Shown piece after piece: positions 47,796-56,267 of a DNA stretch of 63,935 nucleotides. This stretch comes from an uncultured virus (IMG/VR IMGVR_UViG_3300048861_000257). Lineage: Duplodnaviria > Heunggongvirae > Uroviricota > Caudoviricetes > Herelleviridae. A model generated the notes under the pieces. It was not told the DNA's origin, searched no databases, and was given only the letters and a program-made list of their open reading frames with translations. The stretch lies in the IMG/VR virus record IMGVR_UViG_3300048861_000257. One strand, written 5' to 3'. The first letter of the stretch is position 1. Each line of letters starts with the position of its first letter. A program made the translations under genes and the position numbers.

Positions 47796-48265
47796 AGCTC
47801 TCCGTTCTTCTTCGCCAGGGCGACCCAGCGCTGCGCGTCGACCTTCTCCAGTCCGAAGCAGCGACCGACGGCCTGCACGGGGAAGTCGCCGACGAGGCGG
47901 GCCAGGCGGTAGATGAGGGCCGCGTTCTCGAGGTGCTCGGTCGTCGGGTCCAGGCGGACCTTCTCGGCAACGGCACGGCCGGCGCTGCCTTTGAAGAAGC
48001 TCTTCACCGCCGGGATCTTGGACAGCTCGGGGTTGGCCTCACCCAGAGCGGTGCGCAGCGCGTCACGGCGAAGAGTGCCGAGCCGCATCTTGCTCAGGAG
48101 AGTCGGGGTGACCGCGACCGAGGGGTGCTCGAGCGCGAGACTCCCATTCGTGTAAATGCCGTTGCGGGCGTCGTGGATGACGCGGACAGTGAGCGACGGC
48201 CGGTCGGCAGTGGCCTTGACGTTCAGGTGCAGGAACTGCGGTGTGGTGATGACGGAAGTGGACAT
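47792..48265 (-). CDS. Protein with C-terminal HTH (MSTSVIT)
   Basis: VQAVGRCFGLEKVDAQRWVALAKKNG. Confidence 0.65.
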   Translation of the reverse strand: MSTSVITTPQFLHLNVKATADRPSLTVRVIHDARNGIYTNGSLALEHPSVAVTPTLLSKMRLGTLRRDALRTALGEANPELSKIPAVKSFFKGSAGRAVAEKVRLDPTTEHLENAALIYRLARLVGDFPVQAVGRCFGLEKVDAQRWVALAKKNGEL

Positions 48266-48323
48266 CGTGGGTCTCCTTTGGACGATGACAGTGGGAAGTG
48301 GAACGGTGGGCGCGCGCGAAAAC

Positions 48324-48364
48324 ACCGCAGGGGCGTAGCTTCTGCGGCTACGCCCCTGCGGTGG
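48324..48364. terminator. Intergenic hairpin
   Basis: CACCGCAGGGGCGTAGC / GCTACGCCCCTGCGGTG 17-bp stem. Confidence 0.65.
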
Positions 48365-48382
48365 TGATTCTGGGTGACTGGG

Positions 48383-48790
48383 TCAGCTCGTGCGGACCGC
48401 AGCCTTGCGTGTGAGCTTGTCGATGACGGCCTGTGCCTCGGTGCCGGGGTCGACCACATGGCTCAGGCCATGCTCGGCAGCCTGGGCGCCGCTCTCGAAG
48501 AGGGGCACGGTGGTGGTGTACTCGAGCGACTCCTCGTCGAGCTGGCCGCTGAGGATACCGAGCCGCACGGCGAGCATGTCGCCGGGCTCTCGATGGCCGA
48601 GCCACCCGCTGCACACGCACCCGTCCTGCTGGTGACACTTGAACACGGCGATCGCGGTCTGCTCAGGGATGTCACCGTCGTATCGCGGGAGCTTCTCGTA
48701 CTCCTCCGGGTCCCAGACACCGGAGGGCACACCCTTGCGGTACGGGCACGAAGGGCAGGGCCTCTTGCGGGGCTTGGCCGGCTCGGTCAT
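48383..48790 (-). CDS. Cys/His-rich protein (DUF6283-like)
   Basis: PCPSCPYR..SGVW..FKCHQ..CSGW. Confidence 0.7.
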   Translation of the reverse strand: MTEPAKPRKRPCPSCPYRKGVPSGVWDPEEYEKLPRYDGDIPEQTAIAVFKCHQQDGCVCSGWLGHREPGDMLAVRLGILSGQLDEESLEYTTTVPLFESGAQAAEHGLSHVVDPGTEAQAVIDKLTRKAAVRTS

Positions 48791-49257
48791 GGGGTCGATT
48801 CTTCCGTGATGCTCGCGATGGCGGGGTGCAGCTGCAACATCTTCTTCTCGCCCACGCGCACACGGCCGTCGAGGACGAGTTGCCAATTCCCGGCCTTCGT
48901 CTTGCTCCAGAGACCCCGCTCGTCTTTGCCGATGTCGAGGTCAGCGATGAGGAAGTCAGCGTCCATCCATGCGGGCTTCACGATCGGCACGCGCATGAGC
49001 ACTCGGACTTTGGGCGAGATGTCGGTCGGAAGGATCTGACCGAAGGCGATGGCATCCTGCAGGCGCTTCTTGCGTGGTTCGTTCGACGCGAGGGTCGGCG
49101 TGGAGATGCGGTAGTTGCTCGCGTTGCCCGGCCGGGTCTCGTTCGTGATGTACCAGCTGCCGAGTACGCGGTCGGCAGCTTCTGCCTCCGTGATGGTCTC
49201 GGCGTTCTCCCACCAGTCGTTGGGCGTACCCGTCAGGGTCGGCTCGGTGCTGGTCAT
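48787..49257 (-). CDS. Hypothetical protein (MTSTEPT)
   Basis: ATGA coupling on both sides. Confidence 0.65.
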   Translation of the reverse strand: MTSTEPTLTGTPNDWWENAETITEAEAADRVLGSWYITNETRPGNASNYRISTPTLASNEPRKKRLQDAIAFGQILPTDISPKVRVLMRVPIVKPAWMDADFLIADLDIGKDERGLWSKTKAGNWQLVLDGRVRVGEKKMLQLHPAIASITEESTP

Positions 49258-49532
49258 CCGTGGGGTCCTTCCGACTTCTTGAAGAGCTTGATGGTCGACT
49301 TGATCGCCCGCTTGCGAGCCTTCATCGCCTGGTAGATCTCCTTGTCGCGCTCGTAGCGCTGGAGGTGGAAATCGCAGCACGAGTGATGGGGGGCCGGCTC
49401 GTCAGGCACTCCTTGACCGATGTACCTCTCGGTCTCCAGGAGCTTGTCCTCGAGCGCGTAGAGCACGCTCTTGCGTTGCTCCTCGGTGAGCTCGACGACC
49501 ACCTTCGGCTCGGCGCTTTCCGCCTCGCTCAT
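49254..49532 (-). CDS. Hypothetical protein (MSEAESA)
   Basis: ATGA coupling. Confidence 0.6.
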   Translation of the reverse strand: MSEAESAEPKVVVELTEEQRKSVLYALEDKLLETERYIGQGVPDEPAPHHSCCDFHLQRYERDKEIYQAMKARKRAIKSTIKLFKKSEGPHG

Positions 49533-49891
49533 CGCAGTTGCTCGCGCCACTCGGGGTGCTCTTCGAACTGCTTCTCCGTCGGCCGACGCTTCCATTCGGT
49601 GGCGAACTCCTCGCCGTCGATTGTGATGAGCTTCCGCACGACGGGCGTGGTCTTGTAGCTCGCGTCGGCCGAACGCTCGGCGTCCTCTCGCGACTCGGCG
49701 GGCCGCCCTGTCGGAGTGAAGACGCCGTACTCCATGGTGCCCCACTGCTCCAGCGGGACCGGCTCTTCGCGAGCTGTACGGGCCGCCTCAGCGAGGTCCT
49801 TCTTGAACTGCTCGAGCGAAAGCACGAGCTCGTCGCGGCCGTTGTCATACTGCGTGTAGACCGCTTCCGCGATCTCCTCGGGTGTCTTCAT
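49529..49891 (-). CDS. Hypothetical protein
   Basis: AAGGAG RBS; first gene of a tightly coupled run. Confidence 0.7.
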   Translation of the reverse strand: MKTPEEIAEAVYTQYDNGRDELVLSLEQFKKDLAEAARTAREEPVPLEQWGTMEYGVFTPTGRPAESREDAERSADASYKTTPVVRKLITIDGEEFATEWKRRPTEKQFEEHPEWREQLR

Positions 49892-49964
49892 CGGTGCTCC
49901 TTACAGCGGATGACAGGTGACTTGAAGCCCACGTACCGCTCGATCGAGCGGCGACAAATTCGCG

Positions 49965-49988
49965 GGAAATGATTTCGGAAATGATTTC
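49965..49988. promoter_or_regulatory. Tandem quasi-palindromic operator-like sites (GGAAATGATTTC x2)
   Basis: Exact 12-bp tandem repeat, each containing GAAAT-G-ATTTC; AT-rich in GC-rich DNA. Confidence 0.6.
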
Positions 49989-50008
49989 CCGAATGAATTG
50001 GTGATCGG

Positions 50009-50506
50009 TCAGGCGAAGCGCGGACCTTGCAGGTGCGGGCGCACCGTCACCAGAAGGGAGCCTCGGCGAAGGTATCCGCGCACGCGCGCGGCCTCCTGGA
50101 GGGAGAGATCCGACACCCGCAGGGTGAGGTTCTCCTGGTCCAGCTCGGCGATCGCGTCGACGAGCTCCTCGAGCCGTACTGGGCGGAAGTCGTTCGCGAC
50201 GAACGCCTTCCGTTTGTGGTCGAACGACCAGCCCGGCATCGCGCGGAGCAGCTGCTCTCGCGCGCTCTTCTCGAGGTGCCGACGGCGGGGATTCGAGCGC
50301 TGCGCGTCCTCGCGGAGCAGCGCGTTCTTCCGTGCCTTCCGCTCCGCTCGCCGGCGGTCCCAGAGAGGACCGACGTTCGCGACGTACTTCGCTGCCGCTC
50401 GGTTGCCCTTCTTGGGCATCGACAGCCTCCCGAGGTCTGGGATCTCGGGCAGCTCCTGCTGCGGCTTCCGCGTCTCGCGGTGCCCTCTGTTCATGCTCTT
50501 CGACAC
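50009..50506 (-). CDS. Basic (Arg/Lys-rich) hypothetical protein
   Basis: Open frame with GAGGAGG nearby upstream. Confidence 0.55.
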   Translation of the reverse strand: MSKSMNRGHRETRKPQQELPEIPDLGRLSMPKKGNRAAAKYVANVGPLWDRRRAERKARKNALLREDAQRSNPRRRHLEKSAREQLLRAMPGWSFDHKRKAFVANDFRPVRLEELVDAIAELDQENLTLRVSDLSLQEAARVRGYLRRGSLLVTVRPHLQGPRFA

Positions 50507-50763
50507 GGCGCATCGCCTCCTCGCTCAGTCGGTCACCAGGGTCGTCCGTTGAGTCCTTCTCACGGGACCCGTGAGGGACATCGAACCGACCCCCGGGTCG
50601 GCATCGCCGACCTCATGACTCGATGGCCGCAGCTCGCTCACCATCGACGCGAAGCGGCGGTGCAGCTGCGTGCCGCCAGTCTGTTCGCTGCATCCCTCAG
50701 CGGCATCGCCGCGCCCTGTCACCACGACCGACAGGACGTGGTCAGCCGACGGTGTCCACGGAG

Positions 50764-50978
50764 GAGCGAAGCGGGGGAGAGGCACCTTCGGAAGGCACCC
50801 GCAGACGCCACCGATGTGGCGTCGGAGGGCAAGGAGCGAAGCGACGCAGTGAGGGCCTGAGGAGCGCAGCGACGAGGGTGAGGGAACCCCGTCGACCGAG
50901 CGCAGCGAGAGTCGAAAGGGGTGACCGAAGAGGTGTCGGCTGTGCCGACCACAGAGCAAGATTCCATGCAGCGAAGCG
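50764..50978 (+). repeat. Cluster of GAGCG(A/C)AGCG motifs interleaved with hairpins
   Basis: Copies at 50764, 50834, 50862, 50898, variant 50969; another at 51237. Confidence 0.7.
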
Positions 50979-51094
50979 GAATGGAAACGCCGCTCTGTGC
51001 CACCTCCCCTTATGCCCTTTTCCTTTCTCCCTCGCATCTGAGGCTTCAGCCGAAGATCGAGGTCACGTTTTGCTGCTTCATCAGCGAAAAAGGG

Positions 51095-51232
51095 TGGTAC
51101 CTCATCATCAGGTACCTGGCCGGAATCCGAAGGACCCGAAGGGCGGACAGGTACCTGTGCCACCATTTTTCGTTGGAAAGTCGGGGTTTGGCAGGTACCT
51201 GTGTTTGGAACGAAGTGGCACACAGGTACCTG
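51095..51232. repeat. Four CAGGTACCTG palindromes (iteron/operator-like)
   Basis: Exact copies at 51109, 51148, 51192, 51223; partial TGGTACCT at 51095. Confidence 0.85.
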
Positions 51233-52240
51233 ACTCGAGCGCAGCGACGTCGAGGTGGATGGAGCCTGCGGAATCCGGCTCGCTTCAACCCCGACGCGAC
51301 CGTGGGCACACGGTCGTCTCTGCTCATGAAGCAGCGCAGGTCGCGACGTAGGAGCGGCCTCTGGGATGAGCGCTGTCACACCCTCGGCGGCCGTGACGAA
51401 GGAGGGGCCGGCGGCCTCGCTGGCAGCCGCTTCAGCGGCGACTGGGATGCTCTTCTTTCACCTCATCGGCCACGACTGTGGAGTGGCCAGGACCACCACC
51501 TGACCGACGCCAGGCTCGGTCACCAGACCAGCCACCAGAGCCGTCACAGTGACGGCGCGCGCGTCGCTTCTTGACCCAGTGCGCCGCGTAGCAGAGCTCG
51601 CTTCCACATCCCCTTCAGAGTCCGTCCCAGATTCGTCCCGGATGGCGCCGTCAGTCTTTACGGTGTCCACCATCACCGCCGACGACTTGGCCAACGGAAT
51701 CGGAACTCGCGTCTTCGCCCAGTCAGCGCGAGTTCTGTTCTGGGGGTCAAGTCTTCGATCTGAACCAGATCGGTCCGGCGCCGAAGGCGACGCATGATGA
51801 CGCCGCAATGCCGACGGGGCGGAGCCCCCGAGGACGGTCTGTGCTCGATCCACGCTCCGCCGGCGGCTGCTCGAGCACGATGCAGCGCCAGCTGCGCACC
51901 AGCCCTCAGGTGCTCCATCCCCCGGACGATGAACGACGAGATCCACGTCCCGTCGGAGATCCCATCGAAGGGGGCGGGGAGCGGCCCGTCAGCCAGGCGA
52001 GTGGGTGCCCCATGGACCCAGGCAGGTTGGTCGATGCGAAGCGATCGCGGGACCGCGACGCCCAGCTGGGGCGGAGGAGGAGGGCGCAGTGAGGCACGAA
52101 CGACCGCGCACCCGACGGAGCCCGCTGGGGCGGCTCGGGCCTGGGATCGCATCAGGGTCCGCCGAGCGGACCATCGCTCCTCGCTCCCGCCCATTACCAC
52201 CCCTTGGGAGCGTCCATCCGGTGCTGCAGCACCGGGAATC

Positions 52241-52511
52241 TGTGACCAATTCCCGGCCACCGCGGGGCAGTTGCTGCCCCTTTGTGACCATCTAGCGGCC
52301 CTCTGTGGCCGCGTGGTGGCCACTGTGGCGGCTTCCGAGGCTCCGTCCGAGGAATCCGGGCCCCTTCCGCCCTCTGTGACCATGCACTGGCCACAACGTG
52401 GTCAGCCTCTGGGCCATCGCCGGTCATGTCTGCTGAATCGGCGGCTGCTGCTCGTTCGTCGAGCCCCTCCGTGGGCGAGACATGACCGCCGGGTGACCGC
52501 TGAGTGGTCAC
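52241..52511. repeat. TGTGACCA repeat cluster
   Basis: 52241, 52283, 52375; variant 52304; inverted TGGTCAC 52505. Confidence 0.5.
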
Positions 52512-52528
52512 GCGGCGGCCTCGGGTCA

Positions 52529-52726
52529 TCATTCGTTGCGCCGTCGACGCTCTCGCGCCTTGGCCGCAATCTCCGTCCACTCCTTGTCCCATCCGACCAG
52601 GTCCTTCACGCTGACGAGACCCTCCTTCCATTCGATGGAATCGTCGTAGATGTCGATGGGCGGGATGTCGGTTAGCTGGGTCTCTGCCTCCGGGGAGGGG
52701 GCGGTCTCGTACTTGGAGTCGGTCAT
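52529..52726 (-). CDS. Small hypothetical protein (MTDSKYE)
   Basis: GAAGG RBS; plausible composition. Confidence 0.55.
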   Translation of the reverse strand: MTDSKYETAPSPEAETQLTDIPPIDIYDDSIEWKEGLVSVKDLVGWDKEWTEIAAKARERRRRNE

Positions 52727-52955
52727 GCTGGGTACCTTCGGTCGAAGCGGAAATGGTCTTCCGGACCCCGGGGTCCGGGCCGCCAAGTGAGGCGGTACCT
52801 GCTCTATGCGTGAACCTCGTCGCCGGTTGGCCCGGCGCACTTCGGCCCGGTCCGGGACGCGTGCGAGCACCGTCGATGCCGAAGGCGGAAGCGATTGCAG
52901 ATGGTGGTCATTGGTTCCCTCCGTAGGTCGCGGTGGGCATCCGCCGATGCGGGTG

Positions 52956-53076
52956 CCCTCACCTCTAGATGGGCCGAGCCGCGCAGTCGCACAGATTTGG
53001 CCCTCATCACCTAGATGGCGGAAGCGCGCAGCGGGCTCTCCCGTCACTACCTAGATGGGCGCAGCGCGCAGTCGCA
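52956..53076 (+). repeat. Three degenerate ~40-46-bp direct repeats with CTAGATGG core
   Basis: CTAGATGG at 52965, 53011, 53051, each followed by ..GCGCAG(T/C). Confidence 0.75.
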
Positions 53077-53113
53077 TCGATCGACGGCGCTTGGCGCTCG
53101 ATACGCTGACCCC

Positions 53114-53272
53114 ATGACCACGACGCCCCGCGAGCTCGAAGACGAGCTGGACGTGTCCGCCAAGACCATCCGCGCCTTCCTCCGCGAGGAGTACCCGGAT
53201 CACGAGCACGGCTCGCGGTGGGAGCTGGACGACGACCAGGCAACCGTGGTGCGGGCGCGGTTCTCGGACTGA
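53114..53272 (+). CDS. Small HTH DNA-binding protein
   Basis: TPRELEDELDVSAKTIRAFLR...SRWEL. Confidence 0.7.
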   Translation: MTTTPRELEDELDVSAKTIRAFLREEYPDHEHGSRWELDDDQATVVRARFSD

Positions 53273-53291
53273 GTTCGGGGGAGAGACATTC

Positions 53292-53435
53292 ATGAGCGAC
53301 GACGACTTGAAGCGCTGGGCTGCAGAACAGGCCGCGCAGGCCCCGCCGATCACGGAGGATCAGGCCCGAGTTGTACGAACAATCTTTAGGAAGGCTCTCG
53401 CGGACGAGTCCCAGACACCGGACGTCGAGAGCTGA
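53292..53435 (+). CDS. 47-aa hypothetical protein MSDDDLKRWAAEQAAQAPPITEDQ...
   Basis: Translated by hand; GGGGAGAG RBS; fills gap between co-oriented genes. Confidence 0.6.
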   Translation: MSDDDLKRWAAEQAAQAPPITEDQARVVRTIFRKALADESQTPDVES

Positions 53436-53438
53436 CAG

Positions 53439-53804
53439 ATGACGGTATCGGAGCGCGGCCTCGCCGTCGCGCAAGCGACAACGCGGTTCCGCCGGCGCAG
53501 CATCGCGGCGAACATCCTCGTCGCGATCGCCGCTCTCGTGCTCGTGCTCATGGCGGCCGCCGACGCCTACTTGCTCACTCAGTGGAACTTCGTGGCACGG
53601 ATGTTCATGCTCGGCGTGCTCATCGCGGTCGGCTGGATTCCGCTCGCTCTGACCATCATCGCGGTCGCGCTGAGACCTTACTGGATGACGTTCGTCGCGC
53701 TCGGCGGAGTCGGTGCGTGGTTCCTCGCGACGTTCATCATCGTGTGGACCGTCCCCGATGCGCCCTACCCGTACCCCGAGATCTCGTGGCCGCACCGCGG
53801 ATGA
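53439..53804 (+). CDS. Small membrane protein (3 TM)
   Basis: Three hydrophobic segments. Confidence 0.7.
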   Translation: MTVSERGLAVAQATTRFRRRSIAANILVAIAALVLVLMAAADAYLLTQWNFVARMFMLGVLIAVGWIPLALTIIAVALRPYWMTFVALGGVGAWFLATFIIVWTVPDAPYPYPEISWPHRG

Positions 53805-53822
53805 CGAGCAGCATCTCGAGCT

Positions 53823-53866
53823 GAAAAAAGAAACCCCCCGCCGCCCGAAGGCAGCGAGGGGTTTTG
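53823..53866. terminator. Bidirectional terminator
   Basis: AAAAAAG-AAACCCC...GGGGTTTT between convergent genes. Confidence 0.65.
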
Positions 53867-53877
53867 TCGTGGTCGGC

Positions 53878-54159
53878 TCAGAGGCCGGAGACGAGCTGGT
53901 AGGCGATCTCGATCTTGGTCTCGTTGGCTGCGCCGAGTCGAGGGATCACGATCGGCTCCGGGCGATCCTTCATCCAGATCTTGGTCTCGCCCTCGGCTTC
54001 TCCGAGCCGGTTCAGGGTCAGGGCGGTGATCGCCCCGACGTGGGTCGCTCGCTCGGGAGCTCCCTGCGCGTACTCGCTGGTCACGTGGAGCACGAGGATC
54101 CCGAGTCCGACGATCTTGGCGAGGCCGGCGCGGTCTTCGATGATGATGGGGTTGGACAC
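53878..54159 (-). CDS. Hypothetical protein
   Basis: AAGGAG RBS before GTG. Confidence 0.6.
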   Translation of the reverse strand: MSNPIIIEDRAGLAKIVGLGILVLHVTSEYAQGAPERATHVGAITALTLNRLGEAEGETKIWMKDRPEPIVIPRLGAANETKIEIAYQLVSGL

Positions 54160-54251
54160 GGTGGTCTCCTTCTGTTGAGTCTGTCGTTCGGTTCACGCGC
54201 GGTGCGCGCGGTCGGGAAGGGGTCTTGGCTACGAGCTGCCTCAGCAGCCGG

Positions 54252-55049
54252 TCACGGGGTGGTGGTGGCAACGATGTGTTGCAGGGAGGTCTCGACCTCG
54301 ATGAGCGAGTGGGCGACAGTCGAGTCGCCGATGTTCAGCAGCGCGTCGATGACCGGCCGCATCACGGGCAGGTACTTCGTGGCGAGGTGGTTGACGATCT
54401 GCTCCGACTCGCCGGCGGCGAGCTGGTGCCGAAGCGACCCGGCGTTGTCCATCAGGTCGGCCGCCTTCACCAGGAGCGCGTCGACCGGGACGCTGTCGAA
54501 CTCGACCGAGAGGTCGGTGAAGGTGCACGCCGCGACGGCGGCCAGGTCGATGATGTGCGCCTGGTATTGCTCGCGGGTGATGAACGGCTTGTTCGTGACG
54601 AGCGCGACAGCGCGGCCGACGCGGTCGCCGTAGGCGAGCTTCAACCACGCGATCGCGGCGTTCTGGATCGACTCGAGGTCGTCCTCGTCGACGCCGACAC
54701 CGATGCCCGCCGGGACGGCGTACTCGGAGAGGATCTCACGACCACAGTCCTCGACCACGTCGTGCAGCAGCGCCATCACGAGGCGAGGCGCGTCGGCGCC
54801 GCGGCCCCAGCGGATGAGGCGCAGCGCGTTGCGGAGCGGATGCTCGATGTACGGCACCCGCGGCAGGTCGCGCCGCACGCGGCGGGTCTGGTGCCGGTGC
54901 AGGAAGGTGGCGAGCATCGCGGCACTCGTGACCATGTCGCGACCCTCGGGCGAGATGATGATGCGGTCGGTCTCGCGGGCGAGCTCGTAGGCGAGCATCG
55001 CGGCGTCCATTTCCTTGAGCGGGACGCGGGGGAAGGTCGTGGGTGGCAT
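54252..55049 (-). CDS. RelA/SpoT-type HD-domain hydrolase (small alarmone hydrolase/Mesh1-like), start MPPTTFP
   Basis: HRHQTR, PYIEHP, ALLHDVVED, VKAADLMDN; no synthetase domain. Confidence 0.8.
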   Translation of the reverse strand: MPPTTFPRVPLKEMDAAMLAYELARETDRIIISPEGRDMVTSAAMLATFLHRHQTRRVRRDLPRVPYIEHPLRNALRLIRWGRGADAPRLVMALLHDVVEDCGREILSEYAVPAGIGVGVDEDDLESIQNAAIAWLKLAYGDRVGRAVALVTNKPFITREQYQAHIIDLAAVAACTFTDLSVEFDSVPVDALLVKAADLMDNAGSLRHQLAAGESEQIVNHLATKYLPVMRPVIDALLNIGDSTVAHSLIEVETSLQHIVATTTP

Positions 55050-55090
55050 CGTCTGTACCTCTCGGTCGGTCACTCGATTGCGTGAGTGCT

Positions 55091-55146
55091 GGGAGAAGAA
55101 GAGAGGTCGTGCGCCGTGGCATTTCTGCCCGCTTGCGCACGACCTC
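55091..55146 (-). terminator. Intrinsic terminator closing the RNA candidate
   Basis: GAGGTCGTGCGC (55103-55114) / GCGCACGACCTC (55135-55146) then TCTTCTTCT on minus strand. Confidence 0.75.
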
Positions 55147-55423
55147 GGCGATGGGTGATCAACCCTCCGTCCGTAGCGGTCCGGTCCCACCGAGCTGACA
55201 GGGTCAGCTTCTTGCAGATACCGGACCCTCACGACGCCCCTGTGCTCGAAGCCTTTGGGGGTGACGTGAGGCTCTTCCTCACTACGTGGCCCTTCGCCCG
55301 TGCCTGTTACCGGCCGCTTTGACGATCGACCCGGTCCTGCGGATGCAGATCCCGTTCAGAGAGCCCGCCTGGCGGGTGTCCCTCCTCTGTCGAGGTTATC
55401 CCGGAGACGGCTTCGCCGGCTCC
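55091..55423 (-). ncRNA. Structured ~330-nt non-coding RNA candidate, Ms1-like
   Basis: No credible ORF; many hairpins; 5' GCCGGCGAAGCC, internal GGTCGA and CGGTAAC, 3' ATCGCCGAGG running into a terminator; 5' CGGCGA can pair with 3' TCGCCG. Confidence 0.6.
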
Positions 55424-55499
55424 ACTTCTGAAAGAAGAAGCCCCCGCCGCCGATGAGGGCGACAGGGGTTCGATGGGGGAGTAGTAGTGAGGCTCGGCC

Positions 55500-56012
55500 T
55501 CAGAGTTTCAGCATCCGCCCGTCACATGCACGCACAAGCGATGGGGCCTCGCTGGTGACCATCGGGTGTTTCCAGTAGGGGTGCCCGCACTCGCTGCATT
55601 CGACCTCCCCGCTTACCCGGAAGCACTCTTCTTCCCACCACTCGGTCGCAGGCGAGGGGGTTGTCGTTCTGACATGGACGATGATGTCCGCCTCGAGCTT
55701 CTTGGCAAGGCGGAACTGGTAGCGCTCTGGACGGATCTCCTCGATCGACGAGACACCCCTCGTGCCGACTCCGTCGATTGTGAGGAGATCGAACTCGGTG
55801 AGCGGCAGCTCAGTCACCTCGGCGATGTCCTCGGGCACGCGGTTGAAGCCGCGTGTGTCGACGTCGAAGCCGATTGCTGGGTCGGTCTCGTCGAGGCTGA
55901 CCCGGAGCCGGCTGTACTCGACCAGGTCGATCCTGGTGATGCGCTTCTCGCCGAACACCGGAAGGGAGAGCATCGTTCCCGGGCGGAGGGTGAGGCTGTT
56001 GACGATTCTCAT
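55500..56012 (-). CDS. Hypothetical protein with C-terminal Cys/His motif
   Basis: CSECGHPYWKHP..C; GAGGAG RBS. Confidence 0.7.
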   Translation of the reverse strand: MRIVNSLTLRPGTMLSLPVFGEKRITRIDLVEYSRLRVSLDETDPAIGFDVDTRGFNRVPEDIAEVTELPLTEFDLLTIDGVGTRGVSSIEEIRPERYQFRLAKKLEADIIVHVRTTTPSPATEWWEEECFRVSGEVECSECGHPYWKHPMVTSEAPSLVRACDGRMLKL

Positions 56013-56027
56013 GCGCGCTCCTCCTGG

Positions 56028-56267
56028 TCAGATGCGGGTTTCGTCGACGAGCAGGATGAGGCTGTCGCCGGGGTTCTGGTCGCCGGCGCGCTTCCACCTG
56101 TAGCCCTCGACGGGCATGGCGAAGAGCCAGATACCGCGGTCGGTCAGCCGCCATAGGCCGAATTCGGCAGCGGAGCCGCCGCGGTAGATGCCCGGCTTCA
56201 GCGCCCGGGGGCGCGCTGGCGCTGCGGTTGCTGCTGCGGTGGAGTGGTTGAGGGTCTGCGTCGACAT
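56028..56267 (-). CDS. Hypothetical protein
   Basis: AAGGAG RBS. Confidence 0.6.
   Translation of the reverse strand: MSTQTLNHSTAAATAAPARPRALKPGIYRGGSAAEFGLWRLTDRGIWLFAMPVEGYRWKRAGDQNPGDSLILLVDETRI

Noticed and set aside
51250..52500. Overlapping ORFs on both strands (51458-51946, 51673-52383, 51794-52675)
   Set aside because: No convincing RBS, codon bias or motifs; part of 51673-52383 could be a real or decayed gene but cannot be supported
52956..53076. Repeats considered as a mini-CRISPR array
   Set aside because: Repeats degenerate, spacers under 20 bp and partly similar to each other, no cas genes in window
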